From a virus, in IMG/VR virus record IMGVR_UViG_3300020045_004291, positions 28,472 to 92,471 of that record: DNA of 64,000 bases, one strand, 5' to 3'. Numbering within the stretch: the first letter of the stretch is position 1; each line of letters starts with the position of its first letter. Shown here in pieces: positions 47,056 through 57,764 of the stretch. Both the position numbers and the translations under genes were made by a program. The notes beneath the pieces are model-generated. The model did not search any database. It saw nothing but the letters and a program-made list of their open reading frames with translations, and had not been told where the DNA came from.

Positions 47056-47532
47056 TTAAGCCTCCGTGAAGGTGATATATTCAGAATTAAAGACAACAAG
47101 CTCCCCGCCAAAAGATATATAGTTTGCTGCGATTGGCGAGGTCGCCCCCTTAAAAAAACCAGCTAACGAACCAATCTCGCCATTTTGGACGGCACCTAAT
47201 GCAAGGCGATCAGCGAACGAGGTGGGAATGACTGCGTAAAATATAGGGCCGGTTAAAAGCTTTTTAACACTAGCTTCCGGCCCAGTAGAAACACGCAATC
47301 GATACTTTGCGCTAATGTCCTGCGCTGTCAGGTCTGTCTTACCACTGGTGGTGTATGTTCCAACGGTTGTCCATGACAGTCCGTTGTCAGTGGTCTTTTC
47401 CAGAACGACAGACCCGGAGGCTGTTAGCGAGATACCGACAGAAAAGGCGGCAGCGGTGTCGCTAAGGCGTGGGATATACAAGTCTGAAACCTGCCCCACA
47501 GATTCAAAAACACCAGAAAGATAAGAGGGCAT
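47056..47532 (-). CDS. Small beta-rich virion accessory protein
   Basis: VVLEKTTDNGLSW..KYRLRV; AAGGA RBS. Confidence 0.55.
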   Translation of the reverse strand: MPSYLSGVFESVGQVSDLYIPRLSDTAAAFSVGISLTASGSVVLEKTTDNGLSWTTVGTYTTSGKTDLTAQDISAKYRLRVSTGPEASVKKLLTGPIFYAVIPTSFADRLALGAVQNGEIGSLAGFFKGATSPIAANYISFGGELVVFNSEYITFTEA

Positions 47533-47597
47533 GTGGTTAATTCCTTGTGAGGTTTTGCGATATTACTACGTTTTTGCGCTAAAAAGCAACTAAACCA

Positions 47598-49472
47598 TTA
47601 AGTTTGATACATAACGGCTCCTTGGCGAATCCATGTTACCCCTTGACCAGCTGTGAATGAGGTCGGTGGAGTTTTGTAGAAGGTCAGGCCAGAGGGTGCG
47701 ATAACATTAACGCCACTTGCCGCTACGGCAAAGGATAGCGTGAAATAATCACCATCTGCGACCTTTGCAGGTGTGTAATCAAAGCTTGTTATTGGAGCGC
47801 CCGCATTAATGATTTGGTAACGCGTCCCTTGCGGCCCGACCCACACCCACCCTGTAGAGCCGACACTTTGCAACTGAAAACCGTCTTGCGTTTTCGTGCC
47901 TATGGTGTTTGATGAGCCTTGGTTCAAAACATATTTAGCTATTGACGCAGACCGTCCGACGCAGGCAGTACCAGCGGTAAACCATGTCAAATCAGCGTCA
48001 ACAGCTTGGTCTTGAGTGTCAGACTCTGTAATGACGTTGCTTTCGGTGATTTTAACATTAGAGGCAGACGCGCCAAGCTTGATCGCCGTACCGCCGGAAC
48101 TTCCGCCGCTTGGGTTTGTCCTGCGGATAACACAGTTGTCAATTATTCCATGTGACGCGGATTGAACATCAATGGCCGTGCTAACAGCCACAGTGTTCAG
48201 GTTTTCAAATTGAACACCACGAATTGTAAATTGCGTCACGCCATTGGCAAGAATGATGCCGGTTCCTGGGGCTGTATTATCCAGTTGTTTATAGATAGTT
48301 GCCCCGTCAATATCGACCTGCGCCATGTCGTCAACACGGATATCGTATTGGCTGGCGTTGATGTGGCCTGAACCGATTGACAGGTGAGGATAGTTCCTGC
48401 GCACCGCCGATGGATCAACGCCACTTGCCGATATTCCGCGATTTACCCCAACAAACTGATAATCCTTTATTATCCCGCCCTCAAAGTCATTGGCTATTAT
48501 CGCATCTTTAGCATACGACATATTCAGGCCACACATTAGAAACTCTGTGGGATGCGGGGATGCCGCAACAGCGTTGTTATATGTGATTCCCGCCTCGCTT
48601 AAATATGACGGCTCCCCACCACCGGCAACAACCCCACGGAAATGATATTGATCCAGAAGCGCCCGTGTGCAGTTATCAAAATGAACGCCATTTAACCAGC
48701 CGTCCGTAAACGCACCAGCTGCACCAGACGACCCCATAACCCTTAGGTTTCTGACAAGCGCTCTCGGAGTTGTTCTGTCAGCTGCGTAAGCTGCATCACC
48801 GGTTATTTTTAGTGCCTTACCAGACGCAAGTTTCCCTGTGAGCAGGTCAAGGCTATCAAAACAAATTGTTTTGGAGCTTCCACCAGCCCCGCCAATGGTT
48901 AGGCTTATGCCGGTTCGGGTAGCGCCCGCAGACCATTTAAAACCTGATACGCCAATCCCCGTGCCGATAATGGATAGACCACCCGCCCCGACTGATTTAG
49001 ACGTGTCTGTGTGGACGCTTTCAATGGAGTCCGTCATCAGAGCATAGCCGTCAATTGTGAGACCATATCCGTTTGCGATAGCCGCCTTTATGGCGGCAAT
49101 AACTGCCAGAGTGTCGTCTGTGGTGCCATCAAGAACGGCCCCCCATTCGCGGATATTTACAAGCGTTTTAATGGCAGAGTTAATATTCGTTCTCGCAAGC
49201 GCTTTTTGTGGGGCTGTAAAGCTTTGTGAAATGTCTGTTTTTACAGATGTATTAAATTGAGCCTGTGCCGCCGTTGATACAGGCTTATTGGCATCTGAGG
49301 TGTTATTTACATTGCCCAAGCCTAGATTTTCGCGCCCCTGTAACTGTTGCGATGAATCATAGCTCTGGTCAATGTCAGTCCGCACAAGGCCAGCATCAGC
49401 GATGCGGTCATCGACAATCGTTGTAACCTGATTGGCGTTGGTCTCGCCGGAAATATTCACAGAAGACGGCAT
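47598..49472 (-). CDS. Tailspike / depolymerase (pectate-lyase-3-like beta-helix)
   Basis: LGLGNVNNTSDANKP; VNIREWGAVLDGTTDDT. Confidence 0.85.
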   Translation of the reverse strand: MPSSVNISGETNANQVTTIVDDRIADAGLVRTDIDQSYDSSQQLQGRENLGLGNVNNTSDANKPVSTAAQAQFNTSVKTDISQSFTAPQKALARTNINSAIKTLVNIREWGAVLDGTTDDTLAVIAAIKAAIANGYGLTIDGYALMTDSIESVHTDTSKSVGAGGLSIIGTGIGVSGFKWSAGATRTGISLTIGGAGGSSKTICFDSLDLLTGKLASGKALKITGDAAYAADRTTPRALVRNLRVMGSSGAAGAFTDGWLNGVHFDNCTRALLDQYHFRGVVAGGGEPSYLSEAGITYNNAVAASPHPTEFLMCGLNMSYAKDAIIANDFEGGIIKDYQFVGVNRGISASGVDPSAVRRNYPHLSIGSGHINASQYDIRVDDMAQVDIDGATIYKQLDNTAPGTGIILANGVTQFTIRGVQFENLNTVAVSTAIDVQSASHGIIDNCVIRRTNPSGGSSGGTAIKLGASASNVKITESNVITESDTQDQAVDADLTWFTAGTACVGRSASIAKYVLNQGSSNTIGTKTQDGFQLQSVGSTGWVWVGPQGTRYQIINAGAPITSFDYTPAKVADGDYFTLSFAVAASGVNVIAPSGLTFYKTPPTSFTAGQGVTWIRQGAVMYQT

Positions 49473-49481
49473 GTCAGCCCC

Positions 49482-50405
49482 TTAATAATAAATTACCCAA
49501 TCGACAGCTACGTTTTTCATGCGCGTCTCAAGCCCACCAACAGATGACGTTGCCTTTGTTGAACCATTAACACCGTTTGCGTTGGTCATAAAGCCCGCTT
49601 CCGTTCCACCGAAGGCCCCGCCCGTCGCGCCGCCGATTTGGTTGTGTGTGTGCGCTAAAAGCTCATCCGCCTGATACGTACCGATTGTATGGCCGCCCAC
49701 GGCTTCTGTTCCTACACGGTCACGCACCGCACCACGCAGAACCACGTTGCGGCCATCTGGAATGTTGAACGTGGTGGAACCGTCACCAACGCCCCAGTTT
49801 GTCCCGATTTCAGCAAAAAGGTCTGCATAGGTTGCGCGGCTAACCGCCCGACCGTCGCAAAGCAAGTGCAGGGCAGTGTCAACCTCGGTCTTGCCAGACG
49901 CGAACATCTTACCGACCATGCCAAGGGCCTTGATAACCTCCCTCATGGTCAAGTCTTGTGGCGATGCCGCTGACCCTGTGTCATTGCCCTTGATCGTCAA
50001 GGCTGGCATGTTCAACAACTGCGCATTGGTCACAGCCTGATCAGCGATCTTAGACGATGTGACAGCATCATCCGCAAGCTTTACCGTTGTGACGGCTCCA
50101 TCTTGCAAGTCAGCCGTTCCAATGGATGACCCGCCATTAATGGGGTCAATGTCGTACAACTCCGTTCCGCTGTTGCGCTTAATAATAAAGCGATACGTCA
50201 CAGATGGGTCAAGAAATATGTCCGGAAAGACACCATTGGCATTGGTTGACACCGGCACATCATGAGGCGTTGTAAGGCCAGCGTCTGAATATACAGCCTC
50301 AGGCGTCAATGTGCCAGTAAGGTAAAAATAACCCTTGGCGTTATAGACCGGCAAGCCCGTTTCGGGGTCAAGAATTTGCGTAAAGGGTTGCGACATTAGG
50401 GGCAT
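49482..50405 (-). CDS. Tail fibre with collar domain
   Basis: AVTT.KLAD repeats; LLCDGRAVSRATYADLF..GDGSTTFNIPD. Confidence 0.85.
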   Translation of the reverse strand: MPLMSQPFTQILDPETGLPVYNAKGYFYLTGTLTPEAVYSDAGLTTPHDVPVSTNANGVFPDIFLDPSVTYRFIIKRNSGTELYDIDPINGGSSIGTADLQDGAVTTVKLADDAVTSSKIADQAVTNAQLLNMPALTIKGNDTGSAASPQDLTMREVIKALGMVGKMFASGKTEVDTALHLLCDGRAVSRATYADLFAEIGTNWGVGDGSTTFNIPDGRNVVLRGAVRDRVGTEAVGGHTIGTYQADELLAHTHNQIGGATGGAFGGTEAGFMTNANGVNGSTKATSSVGGLETRMKNVAVDWVIYY

Positions 50406-50451
50406 TTAAAACACCTTTGTAAAGCGTGGCGAAACACGCCATACTTGCGGC

Positions 50452-50628
50452 ATGTGGGAATTAATTGGCGTCATCATACCGCCCGAATGGGGCTTATTCA
50501 ACTGGTTGCAAAAGGTCGTGTATGCGGTCATTTTCGTTACGATCCTGACCCTAATTGGTTCACTGGCGCACGGCTTCTTTCACCGTATCGCTTACGAGTT
50601 TCTGCCTCGGCTGCTAGGCGTGTCGTGA
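50452..50628 (+). CDS. 58-aa membrane peptide antisense to the ejection gene (candidate superinfection exclusion)
   Basis: MWELIGVIIPPEWGLFNWLQKVVYAVIFVTILTLIGSLAHG...; TTGTAA-17-CATACT ending 6 nt before the ATG. Confidence 0.55.
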   Translation: MWELIGVIIPPEWGLFNWLQKVVYAVIFVTILTLIGSLAHGFFHRIAYEFLPRLLGVS

Positions 50629-52396
50629 TTTGAGTTAGTGCCGCTTTGGCTTCTGGATTATTAAGTGCGGCCCTGCGCAATTGGCTTAAAGCGCCATTAG
50701 CGGCTGAATTGGATTTTGCGCGGGCAAGATCATTAACCAAGCGTAGAACTGGCTTGGAATAGGCCCCACGTAAGGCAATCTCAGTTGCCACAGCCCCAAC
50801 CAATGGGAGAGGGTTGCCAGCAAAGGCGGTACCAGCAAGCCCCAGAATCGCGGCACGTTCACCAGAGCCGGTAGACCCGATTTTAGGGGCCATGATGTTC
50901 TTGGACGCCTCGCTTAGATCCTGCATACCAGCGCGGCCCCGTGCAAAGTCACGCTTGCGAGCGCCACCAGCCGTGGCCTTTACAGCCGTTTGAAGCTGCG
51001 CTGGACTGAATACGCCACCTTCTGCCCCAACGGCATTAGCGGCGCGTTCTGGACGCAGGGACAGGGCATAAGCCTTACGTGCGGCCATGATCTTTTTCAC
51101 GTCGCCCGTTTTGTCGCGATTGATTGACTTAATAACTTCACGTTCAAGGCCTTGATAATAATCAAACAGCGCCTTGTCTGGCGTCGGCCCGCTTAATGCT
51201 GCGCGCTTGGCTGCGCTGATGCGGCTCATGGCCCGCCCAAGGTCTTTGCCTTCGATTTGCCCATTGCGAACCAAAGGCCCCTTGAGTAAAGAATCTGTCA
51301 GCGATTTTGCACGCTGGCGGGTCTGCATATCGACACCGACAAGCGTATCATCTGCAACTTGTTTCAGGCTTTGGCCGAAGGTGGGTGTCGCAATGAATTT
51401 AGCGCCGGAATAAGCGTCCTCCATGGCGCGGCCAGTCTTGACGATCATTTCGTCGATAGCTTCGCGGCCCGCTTCTGTGTTTTTGGAAAGCTTCTCACCA
51501 ATGGGCGCAAGCGCACGATTTATCGCTGCCTTGTTCAACTGTTCGCGCCCACGTTCACGAGCGCCACCGATAGCACCTGACACCGTGGACGTAACGTCCT
51601 CAAGCATCTTTGCAGGGCCACCGAACATTTCACCATAGGTAAGATCAACGCCTTCACGCTGTAACGCTCTGACCTCTTCCTTACGGGCTGCGGCTTGTTT
51701 CGCGGCCTTAGTGGCCCCCAGAGCGTTTATGGCCTTGCCAGCCACCTTGCCAGCCACAGGGATAGCGCCACCGATAGCGGCACCGGTTCCGCCCCCAACT
51801 AAGGCGTTTTGAACCCGCTCCATGCCTTGGCCTTCACCAGCGCCGTAAGCTGCACCAGTCGCACCACCAACAATTGCAGATCGTCCTGCGACTTGTGCAA
51901 GGCCCTTGCCGCCCGCAACAAAACCGCCACCAGCCTTGGCAAGCGGGTTTGCGATACCACCAACAACATTGGCCGCGAAGTTTGCAACAGGCGCTTGCTT
52001 TGCGTATTGCTGGCCAGCCTCTTTTTCAGACTGCATAACGGCCTGATATGCTTCTTTTGGGGAATATCCCGCACCTTTAACGAGGCCGGTTTTAGACGCC
52101 AGATTGCGCGCGCCAGTCTCAACAGCGGCACCCGCCGCATCGATCTCATCAGACAGATTAAACGTAAAGCCCTGATTAACCGCCCGCACAGCGCCGGATG
52201 TATTCTTAGAGCGTTGACGCGCATCAGCAAGCGCTTTATCGGCTCCCTTAGGGCCAACTTTCGCAAGCGCTTTAACCTGTTTATTGAAATCCTTTTGCGC
52301 GCGCGCCTCAACCTCATCAGGCGTAGCGGTATCGGGCACACCTTGATAAGTGTGTGAAGTGCCATCTGAAAATGTAACTGTTACTTGCTTTGGCAT
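50537..52396 (-). CDS. Large ejection / DNA transfer protein
   Basis: Gly/Ala-rich, QGFTFNLSDEI motif; podovirus synteny. Confidence 0.7.
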   Translation of the reverse strand: MPKQVTVTFSDGTSHTYQGVPDTATPDEVEARAQKDFNKQVKALAKVGPKGADKALADARQRSKNTSGAVRAVNQGFTFNLSDEIDAAGAAVETGARNLASKTGLVKGAGYSPKEAYQAVMQSEKEAGQQYAKQAPVANFAANVVGGIANPLAKAGGGFVAGGKGLAQVAGRSAIVGGATGAAYGAGEGQGMERVQNALVGGGTGAAIGGAIPVAGKVAGKAINALGATKAAKQAAARKEEVRALQREGVDLTYGEMFGGPAKMLEDVTSTVSGAIGGARERGREQLNKAAINRALAPIGEKLSKNTEAGREAIDEMIVKTGRAMEDAYSGAKFIATPTFGQSLKQVADDTLVGVDMQTRQRAKSLTDSLLKGPLVRNGQIEGKDLGRAMSRISAAKRAALSGPTPDKALFDYYQGLEREVIKSINRDKTGDVKKIMAARKAYALSLRPERAANAVGAEGGVFSPAQLQTAVKATAGGARKRDFARGRAGMQDLSEASKNIMAPKIGSTGSGERAAILGLAGTAFAGNPLPLVGAVATEIALRGAYSKPVLRLVNDLARAKSNSAANGALSQLRRAALNNPEAKAALTQITTRLAAEAETRKRYGERSRAPVNQLGSGS

Positions 52397-53124
52397 TACC
52401 AATTGCTCACAGATGCGCCCGATTGCGTTTTGGTGGGCTTAGATTGGCCACCAGATTGTTTCTTAGCAGGCTTATAAACACCCTCGCCACCAAATGAAGG
52501 TCGCGGATATTTTTGCTCTGCGTAACTTGTCCACCAGTCTGCAAAAGACTGCCCGCTCTTGTTCTTGGCTTGTGCCGATCCTAAGCGCTTTTCCCACGCC
52601 GACCGTGCCGCGTTATATCCAAGAGCCTTCGCGCCAGCCCATTGTTGCGCCCGTGCTACGTCTGTGTTTTCGCCCGTGGCGCTTTTTAGGTTGAACGTCA
52701 GGCTTTTCAAAAACGATACGTCTTTGTCAGACAGCGCGCCCTTAAGATTCCCAGCGTTTTGCAGAGTCGCAGCATTAGCCGCACGCTCAACAGCACCAAG
52801 AGAGCGCGCCTTTTTCTCGTTGGAAACAAGGGGCACACCAGCGCGCGCAACACCAAGCGCAACGGGGGCAAAAGTACCGGTTCCCTTGCTTTCACGAAGT
52901 GCTGCCTGCACATCGCCAGCCTCACGAATAAGGCCCAAGGCGTCACCGGACGAATCGCCCTGATTAGCTTGAAACGTACCGGCCTCTTTGCCCATGACGG
53001 TTCCAGCAGCGCGAGCGGCTGCAACGTCCTGCACGGATGCGTCAGCCCATGCGTCGGCTGAATTAGGGTCACCGCCCTTGTAGACGTAACCATCATAAAC
53101 TTGTCCGATAACTGGCCCAGCCAT
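52396..53124 (-). CDS. Ejection protein
   Basis: LKGALSDKD motif; synteny. Confidence 0.6.
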   Translation of the reverse strand: MAGPVIGQVYDGYVYKGGDPNSADAWADASVQDVAAARAAGTVMGKEAGTFQANQGDSSGDALGLIREAGDVQAALRESKGTGTFAPVALGVARAGVPLVSNEKKARSLGAVERAANAATLQNAGNLKGALSDKDVSFLKSLTFNLKSATGENTDVARAQQWAGAKALGYNAARSAWEKRLGSAQAKNKSGQSFADWWTSYAEQKYPRPSFGGEGVYKPAKKQSGGQSKPTKTQSGASVSNW

Positions 53125-53841
53125 TTATTGTCCTCCCGACCAGTCGCGCGCCCATGGTTTTGTGTTAGACTTCCCGCTGCCCGCCTTGGACGGTGCGGCC
53201 CGCTTGGCAATCTGGCTCTGCACATTAGCGCCTTGCTGATTGGCGCGTTGTTGCGCTACGCCTAGTTGGCCTTGTTGGTATTGGCGTTGTTGTTCAAGGC
53301 GTTGCTGATTGGCCATGTTGTCAATGGCCGTGTTAACGCCCTGCGCCACGGCAGAGTGATAATCCAGATAAGCATCATCCTCGACATTCCCCAGCTTGGA
53401 CAGGTCAAAACCTTGTTGTTGCAACATCTGCGCATTTTGATCCACCCACGCACGGCGAGAACCTGGCGGAACCTGCTTAAGCGCCACAGACAGGGCCGCA
53501 ACGCGCTCTGATTCCTGCTTGACTTGGCGGGTTGTCTGCTCATCATTCATCTCAGCAACTTTTGCCGCCATGGATTGAATGTCCATTTCAGCCCGCTGGC
53601 GTGAATAATCATTCTCTTGTTGCTGCGCCTGTTGTTGCTGCATACGTTGCGCGGCGACCTGATCAGGCGATTGATACGACTGAGCCAGTTCTGGATTGAT
53701 TGTTGATAGGGCATTTGCAGACCCCGGTACACCGGCGTTAATGCCAGCAATAGCCGTGCGCTGCCTGCGCAGATCGCCAAGCGCATTAATGCGGTCTGAA
53801 CCCTCGTTAAACGCATCCATGTTGCGGATATAATCAACCAT
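53125..53841 (-). CDS. Ejection protein
   Basis: Gln-rich; synteny. Confidence 0.6.
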   Translation of the reverse strand: MVDYIRNMDAFNEGSDRINALGDLRRQRTAIAGINAGVPGSANALSTINPELAQSYQSPDQVAAQRMQQQQAQQQENDYSRQRAEMDIQSMAAKVAEMNDEQTTRQVKQESERVAALSVALKQVPPGSRRAWVDQNAQMLQQQGFDLSKLGNVEDDAYLDYHSAVAQGVNTAIDNMANQQRLEQQRQYQQGQLGVAQQRANQQGANVQSQIAKRAAPSKAGSGKSNTKPWARDWSGGQ

Positions 53842-54521
53842 TACAGATACGTTGTCCCCCGTTGACCCCAGCCAGACAAAGCATTAGACGTGCCAGATTG
53901 ACCCAAGCCTTTAAATAACGTGCTTGTTCCGCCTGTAAGCGCGCTAAGGCCCATTTGCTCGATTTGGTTTAGCCCGCCCTGCACCGTGCCCCACAAGCCT
54001 TGGTTAATTGCCCCGTTGGCTGTCTTGTAGGACGCCTCAGCATTACCTTTGCCAATCAGATTGTTGCCGTACGAATTGGCGTAGTTTTGACCATACCCCG
54101 CCAAGGCGTTAACTGATGACTGCCCAAGATTGGCAAGGCCCGATTGACGATCCCACCAGTTGCCATATTCCGCCGAGGCTGTATTTTGCCCGCGATCTTG
54201 CAGGGCAGACAGGGCCGCGCCACTGTTAAGCATGCCGCCAGTGGCATAATTGTTTGTTACCGCCTTTTGACCCTCGCCAAAGCGGTAAGCATAGTCAGGG
54301 CTGGCCTGAAAGCTTGACGTTGGGTCATTCAGGGCCGCAAGCGCATTCGTGCCGGTTGAAATATACGGCTGATAATTGGCGCTCGTGGTGTTGTATTGCG
54401 AAGTTAACTGCGCATTAGCGGCGTCAATAGCCTTTTGCTGCGCCTCAAGCGCTTGCTTGTTGGCCTTTTTTGCCGAATTGGCACCCAAGACGCTCGTAAA
54501 GATATCCGAAAAGAAAGACAT
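53841..54521 (-). CDS. DNA transfer/pilot protein (P22 gp7-like)
   Basis: YQPY..G..AL, FQASPDY.Y, GGMLNSGAAL motifs. Confidence 0.75.
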   Translation of the reverse strand: MSFFSDIFTSVLGANSAKKANKQALEAQQKAIDAANAQLTSQYNTTSANYQPYISTGTNALAALNDPTSSFQASPDYAYRFGEGQKAVTNNYATGGMLNSGAALSALQDRGQNTASAEYGNWWDRQSGLANLGQSSVNALAGYGQNYANSYGNNLIGKGNAEASYKTANGAINQGLWGTVQGGLNQIEQMGLSALTGGTSTLFKGLGQSGTSNALSGWGQRGTTYL

Positions 54522-54655
54522 TACGGCTCCAAAGCTTTGATGCGCGCCTCTAGTGACGCAATATACTCTTGAAGTAGCGACAAATAAAGCACAATCTCAG
54601 GGCTGAACTGTGTCTTATAGCCCATAGGCAATCTGGGTTGTTGAATCGTGGCCAT
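54521..54655 (-). CDS. 44-aa tail peptide; missing from the ORF track
   Basis: Coupled at both ends; ends SLEARIKALEP. Confidence 0.55.
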   Translation of the reverse strand: MATIQQPRLPMGYKTQFSPEIVLYLSLLQEYIASLEARIKALEP

Positions 54656-56010
54656 TAGCGCGTATCCTCATCTAAAACTAGGTTTTGTGGGCAGAACGGC
54701 ACATTTTCAGCACACCGCACCTGATACACGCGACCAAAGGCCGACCGCTGACCCAAAGCCCGCCATGTGGGCTTAACCCAATACTCACCAATCCCGCCCA
54801 TGGATTCCGCCATCCACTCGCTGAACTCATAGCCGCCGTCGTCTGAATAGCGCATCTCAACCTGAGGATCGACAACAGTCGTAAGGCCACCAGGGGCACG
54901 AGATGACATAAGAACGGCGGATGAATTGCGCGCCTTACCGCTTGATAGTGGGTAATACCCCGAAACAATGCGGTCTATGTGCGCCTCCGTGTCTGCGTTA
55001 ACCGTGCTGTCAAAGCGGTATACAGAACCAGACGACATATCCCCCGCGTAGGTAACGCCGTCTTTGACTATCGTACCGACGATTGACAGGCTTAAATTCT
55101 GATAGCGATTCCAGCGATACCAGTTTGCACCATCAAACACATATGACGCCGTGTCTTTGTCGGTCAGAATGAAGAACTCTTTCCCGTCAATGAACAAGCT
55201 ACACAGGCTGATATTCTCAAGCGGAGCATATTGCAGGGATTCCAGTACGCTATCGTCTGCAATGGGCGTTAACCCACCAGCCAACAGGAACAACTGGCGA
55301 TCTTTTGATAGGAAATAGATACGACCTGCCCGCTCGTAAACGCTGTCACGGCTAAACGCTCCCGTGTCCAATGTGCTTTCAGGGTTCGGCTTAAATGGTA
55401 TCGTTGAATCGCCTGTTGTATACCAAAGCTCAATCGTGTCAGAGCCGAAGATGTAAAGGCTCTTGCCGGAGATGGCCGCCGCAAGAAATCCGTCTGGTTT
55501 GGCCTCAGCCGTGGCGAACGACAGGCCACTAATATTTGACGGCTCGTTGATTTCCGACCAGTAAAACCGCCCCAGATTGCCGAAATAAAGCCAGCGGTTG
55601 TCAAAGAATTTCACGTCATAAATCAACGTGTCATCAGGGATTGCAACACTCGACACCACACCGCCTGTGTATTTATACACAAGCCCGCCATTGGCGACCC
55701 ACACAAGGCAGTCATTAGCGCCGTCAAATCCGCCAGCAATGCGCGCGTTATCCTCACCGGCCAGCGTGGCTATAATGGCGCTTTCCCGAAACACTTGCGC
55801 ACCAGAGATATAAAATCGGTCACTGTTAAAAAGGCCAGCTTGGTAAAACATACCGCGAATCTGGCCCGATCCCTTGGTCTCATAATCGACAATCGCAGGG
55901 CGATCAAAGAACGCCCCAACCTTATCATCCCACCATACGTTTTTACACGGAAGCCTCAACAGACCCGTGCGGCGTTCATGGTGTGACGTGCTGAATTGAA
56001 TAGTTGGCAT
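54655..56010 (-). CDS. Packaged DNA stabilization protein (P22 gp10-like)
   Basis: FATAEAKPD, IFGSDTIE.W, YSDDGG..W..G..GEY..W..LG. Confidence 0.85.
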   Translation of the reverse strand: MPTIQFSTSHHERRTGLLRLPCKNVWWDDKVGAFFDRPAIVDYETKGSGQIRGMFYQAGLFNSDRFYISGAQVFRESAIIATLAGEDNARIAGGFDGANDCLVWVANGGLVYKYTGGVVSSVAIPDDTLIYDVKFFDNRWLYFGNLGRFYWSEINEPSNISGLSFATAEAKPDGFLAAAISGKSLYIFGSDTIELWYTTGDSTIPFKPNPESTLDTGAFSRDSVYERAGRIYFLSKDRQLFLLAGGLTPIADDSVLESLQYAPLENISLCSLFIDGKEFFILTDKDTASYVFDGANWYRWNRYQNLSLSIVGTIVKDGVTYAGDMSSGSVYRFDSTVNADTEAHIDRIVSGYYPLSSGKARNSSAVLMSSRAPGGLTTVVDPQVEMRYSDDGGYEFSEWMAESMGGIGEYWVKPTWRALGQRSAFGRVYQVRCAENVPFCPQNLVLDEDTR

Positions 56011-56648
56011 TAAAACCACCGCGCAATATCATTAAAGTCGTCTGCCGGTGTCTTGGGCTGAAACCTTCCGCTATAACGAGCGGTCATTGCCCGTTGAGCC
56101 GTGTCATATGCCATACCCAATTCTTGTGATACGGGAAGCCCATAAAGTGGAGCAATCGATACCGCAAGCATGGCCTCAAGGTGCATGTGCATCGCCGCAT
56201 CCAGCGGCACAATGCCAGTAGGCTCTAAATTGTGTACTTGAATCCAATGGCCTGTATCGGCGCGATAGGCATAATAGACATTATCATCGCCCTGTTGTGC
56301 ATATACAGCCACACGGGCACCGTCGCGGGGTGCAACGTAGTAATCACCGGTTTTTACCGTAAAGCCATCAGATTCATACGTGATGACCGGCTGATAAAAA
56401 TTCAACTGAGGCAGTGTTACGGTTACGGTAACATCACCAATAACGGCGATGCGCTCATCATCGCCCGCTGTGTAGTCCTGATTTATCTCTATGTTGTTCC
56501 ATTCCGTCCACCCAGGCAGGGTGCGAATAAGAGACGAAAGGCGGTCAAGGCATACGTCAAGATCATGCGCCGCAGGAACGGCACGAATGGCAATAGCCCC
56601 TATGGAGAGCATTGCAGTTTTAATGATTTGAAGGTTTGTTTGGGCCAT
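56010..56648 (-). CDS. Head-tail adaptor (P22 gp4-like)
   Basis: IIKTAM..IG, LAVSIAP.YG; follows the capsid gene. Confidence 0.7.
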   Translation of the reverse strand: MAQTNLQIIKTAMLSIGAIAIRAVPAAHDLDVCLDRLSSLIRTLPGWTEWNNIEINQDYTAGDDERIAVIGDVTVTVTLPQLNFYQPVITYESDGFTVKTGDYYVAPRDGARVAVYAQQGDDNVYYAYRADTGHWIQVHNLEPTGIVPLDAAMHMHLEAMLAVSIAPLYGLPVSQELGMAYDTAQRAMTARYSGRFQPKTPADDFNDIARWF

Positions 56649-56662
56649 GATCCACCAATAGT

Positions 56663-56689
56663 AAAAGGGGGCTAGCCGAAGCCAGCCCC
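56663..56689 (-). terminator. Intrinsic terminator after capsid gene B
   Basis: GGGGCTGGC-TTCG-GCTAGCCCC-CTTTT on the minus strand. Confidence 0.85.
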
Positions 56690-56696
56690 GCAGGTT

Positions 56697-57737
56697 TTAG
56701 ACAGCCAGAGCGCCGACGTAGCCAGTCAGCACGCCATGGTCTTTGCCATTATATATCAGCTTTTCGACGCCAATCATTTCATGGATGCCAACGCCCTTGA
56801 CAAACCCATAATCGCGGGTGTCGGTTGTTGACTTTGTACGCTGTGCCCAAGCCACACCCAAAGCCTGAACGCCACACAGGAAGTATGGTTCCAGTCGGGC
56901 GGACGACGCACCAACCGTTCCGATGGTGGCGATTTCCTGAATCTTGCGGATGATAACACCATCCCACATCAGGTCTCCGTCATTCCACAGCGGGTTGCTG
57001 TCGCCGCGCTCTTGTGCGTTTTGCAAAGAGGTTGCCAAGTCGGTTTTCAGATCGCGGAAAGCGCCGGAACCAACGAACATGACATATGTTTCGCTGTCTT
57101 CGCTAACGGTCACAGGGCCGATGATCGGGGACGCGGTTTCAGCGCGGGCCTTAGCTTGTGACACCACTTCCTTTGTCAGCTTCATAGACGCCGTTACCAG
57201 CAGCAGGTCAGCCGAGTGGTCAGTGTAAGCGCCAACACCCGTGCCAAACAGAACGCGGTCAGAGTTGGCAACCAGCCACGCATCCTTAACAGCCTCAGAG
57301 GCAGAGCCGTAAGCGGTGCCTGATTTAGACGCCAACGCCGTGATGATGTCGGTGCGCAACTTTTTCATTGCCCACTTTTTCAACATAGGCTTAGCGGCGT
57401 CACGCAGACCAATGCCCGTAAACTGCTGGTCGTTGTCAGTGACGGCGACAGCGTGACGACGAGTGGCGACCTCGATCTTGTGACCGTAGTTACCAAGCGC
57501 TTCTTCGTTGCCTTCAAGCAGGCCGTTGCCTGTTTGGCCAGCGCCAACCAGTTCGCCAACGAGGGGAATGGTGATCCCGTCGCCTGCTTTTTTGGTCAGG
57601 TCTTCTTTAACCTGGATCACTGCATTTTCATCAGTGCCCATGTAGCGCTTAAAGCGGTTTTCGCGGACGTATGAGGTGAAAAAGTTGTTGTCCCATACCT
57701 CTTCGGTATTGGCGGCGGCGACAGTTGTAAAAGCCAT
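56697..57737 (-). CDS. Major capsid protein (DUF4043 / N4 gp56-like family)
   Basis: DLTKKAGD.I, LEGNEEAL, RHAV, LCGVQAL, DYG, DHGV motifs. Confidence 0.85.
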   Translation of the reverse strand: MAFTTVAAANTEEVWDNNFFTSYVRENRFKRYMGTDENAVIQVKEDLTKKAGDGITIPLVGELVGAGQTGNGLLEGNEEALGNYGHKIEVATRRHAVAVTDNDQQFTGIGLRDAAKPMLKKWAMKKLRTDIITALASKSGTAYGSASEAVKDAWLVANSDRVLFGTGVGAYTDHSADLLLVTASMKLTKEVVSQAKARAETASPIIGPVTVSEDSETYVMFVGSGAFRDLKTDLATSLQNAQERGDSNPLWNDGDLMWDGVIIRKIQEIATIGTVGASSARLEPYFLCGVQALGVAWAQRTKSTTDTRDYGFVKGVGIHEMIGVEKLIYNGKDHGVLTGYVGALAV

Positions 57738-57764
57738 TGTAGTAAATCCTTATGAGTGCGGGCC

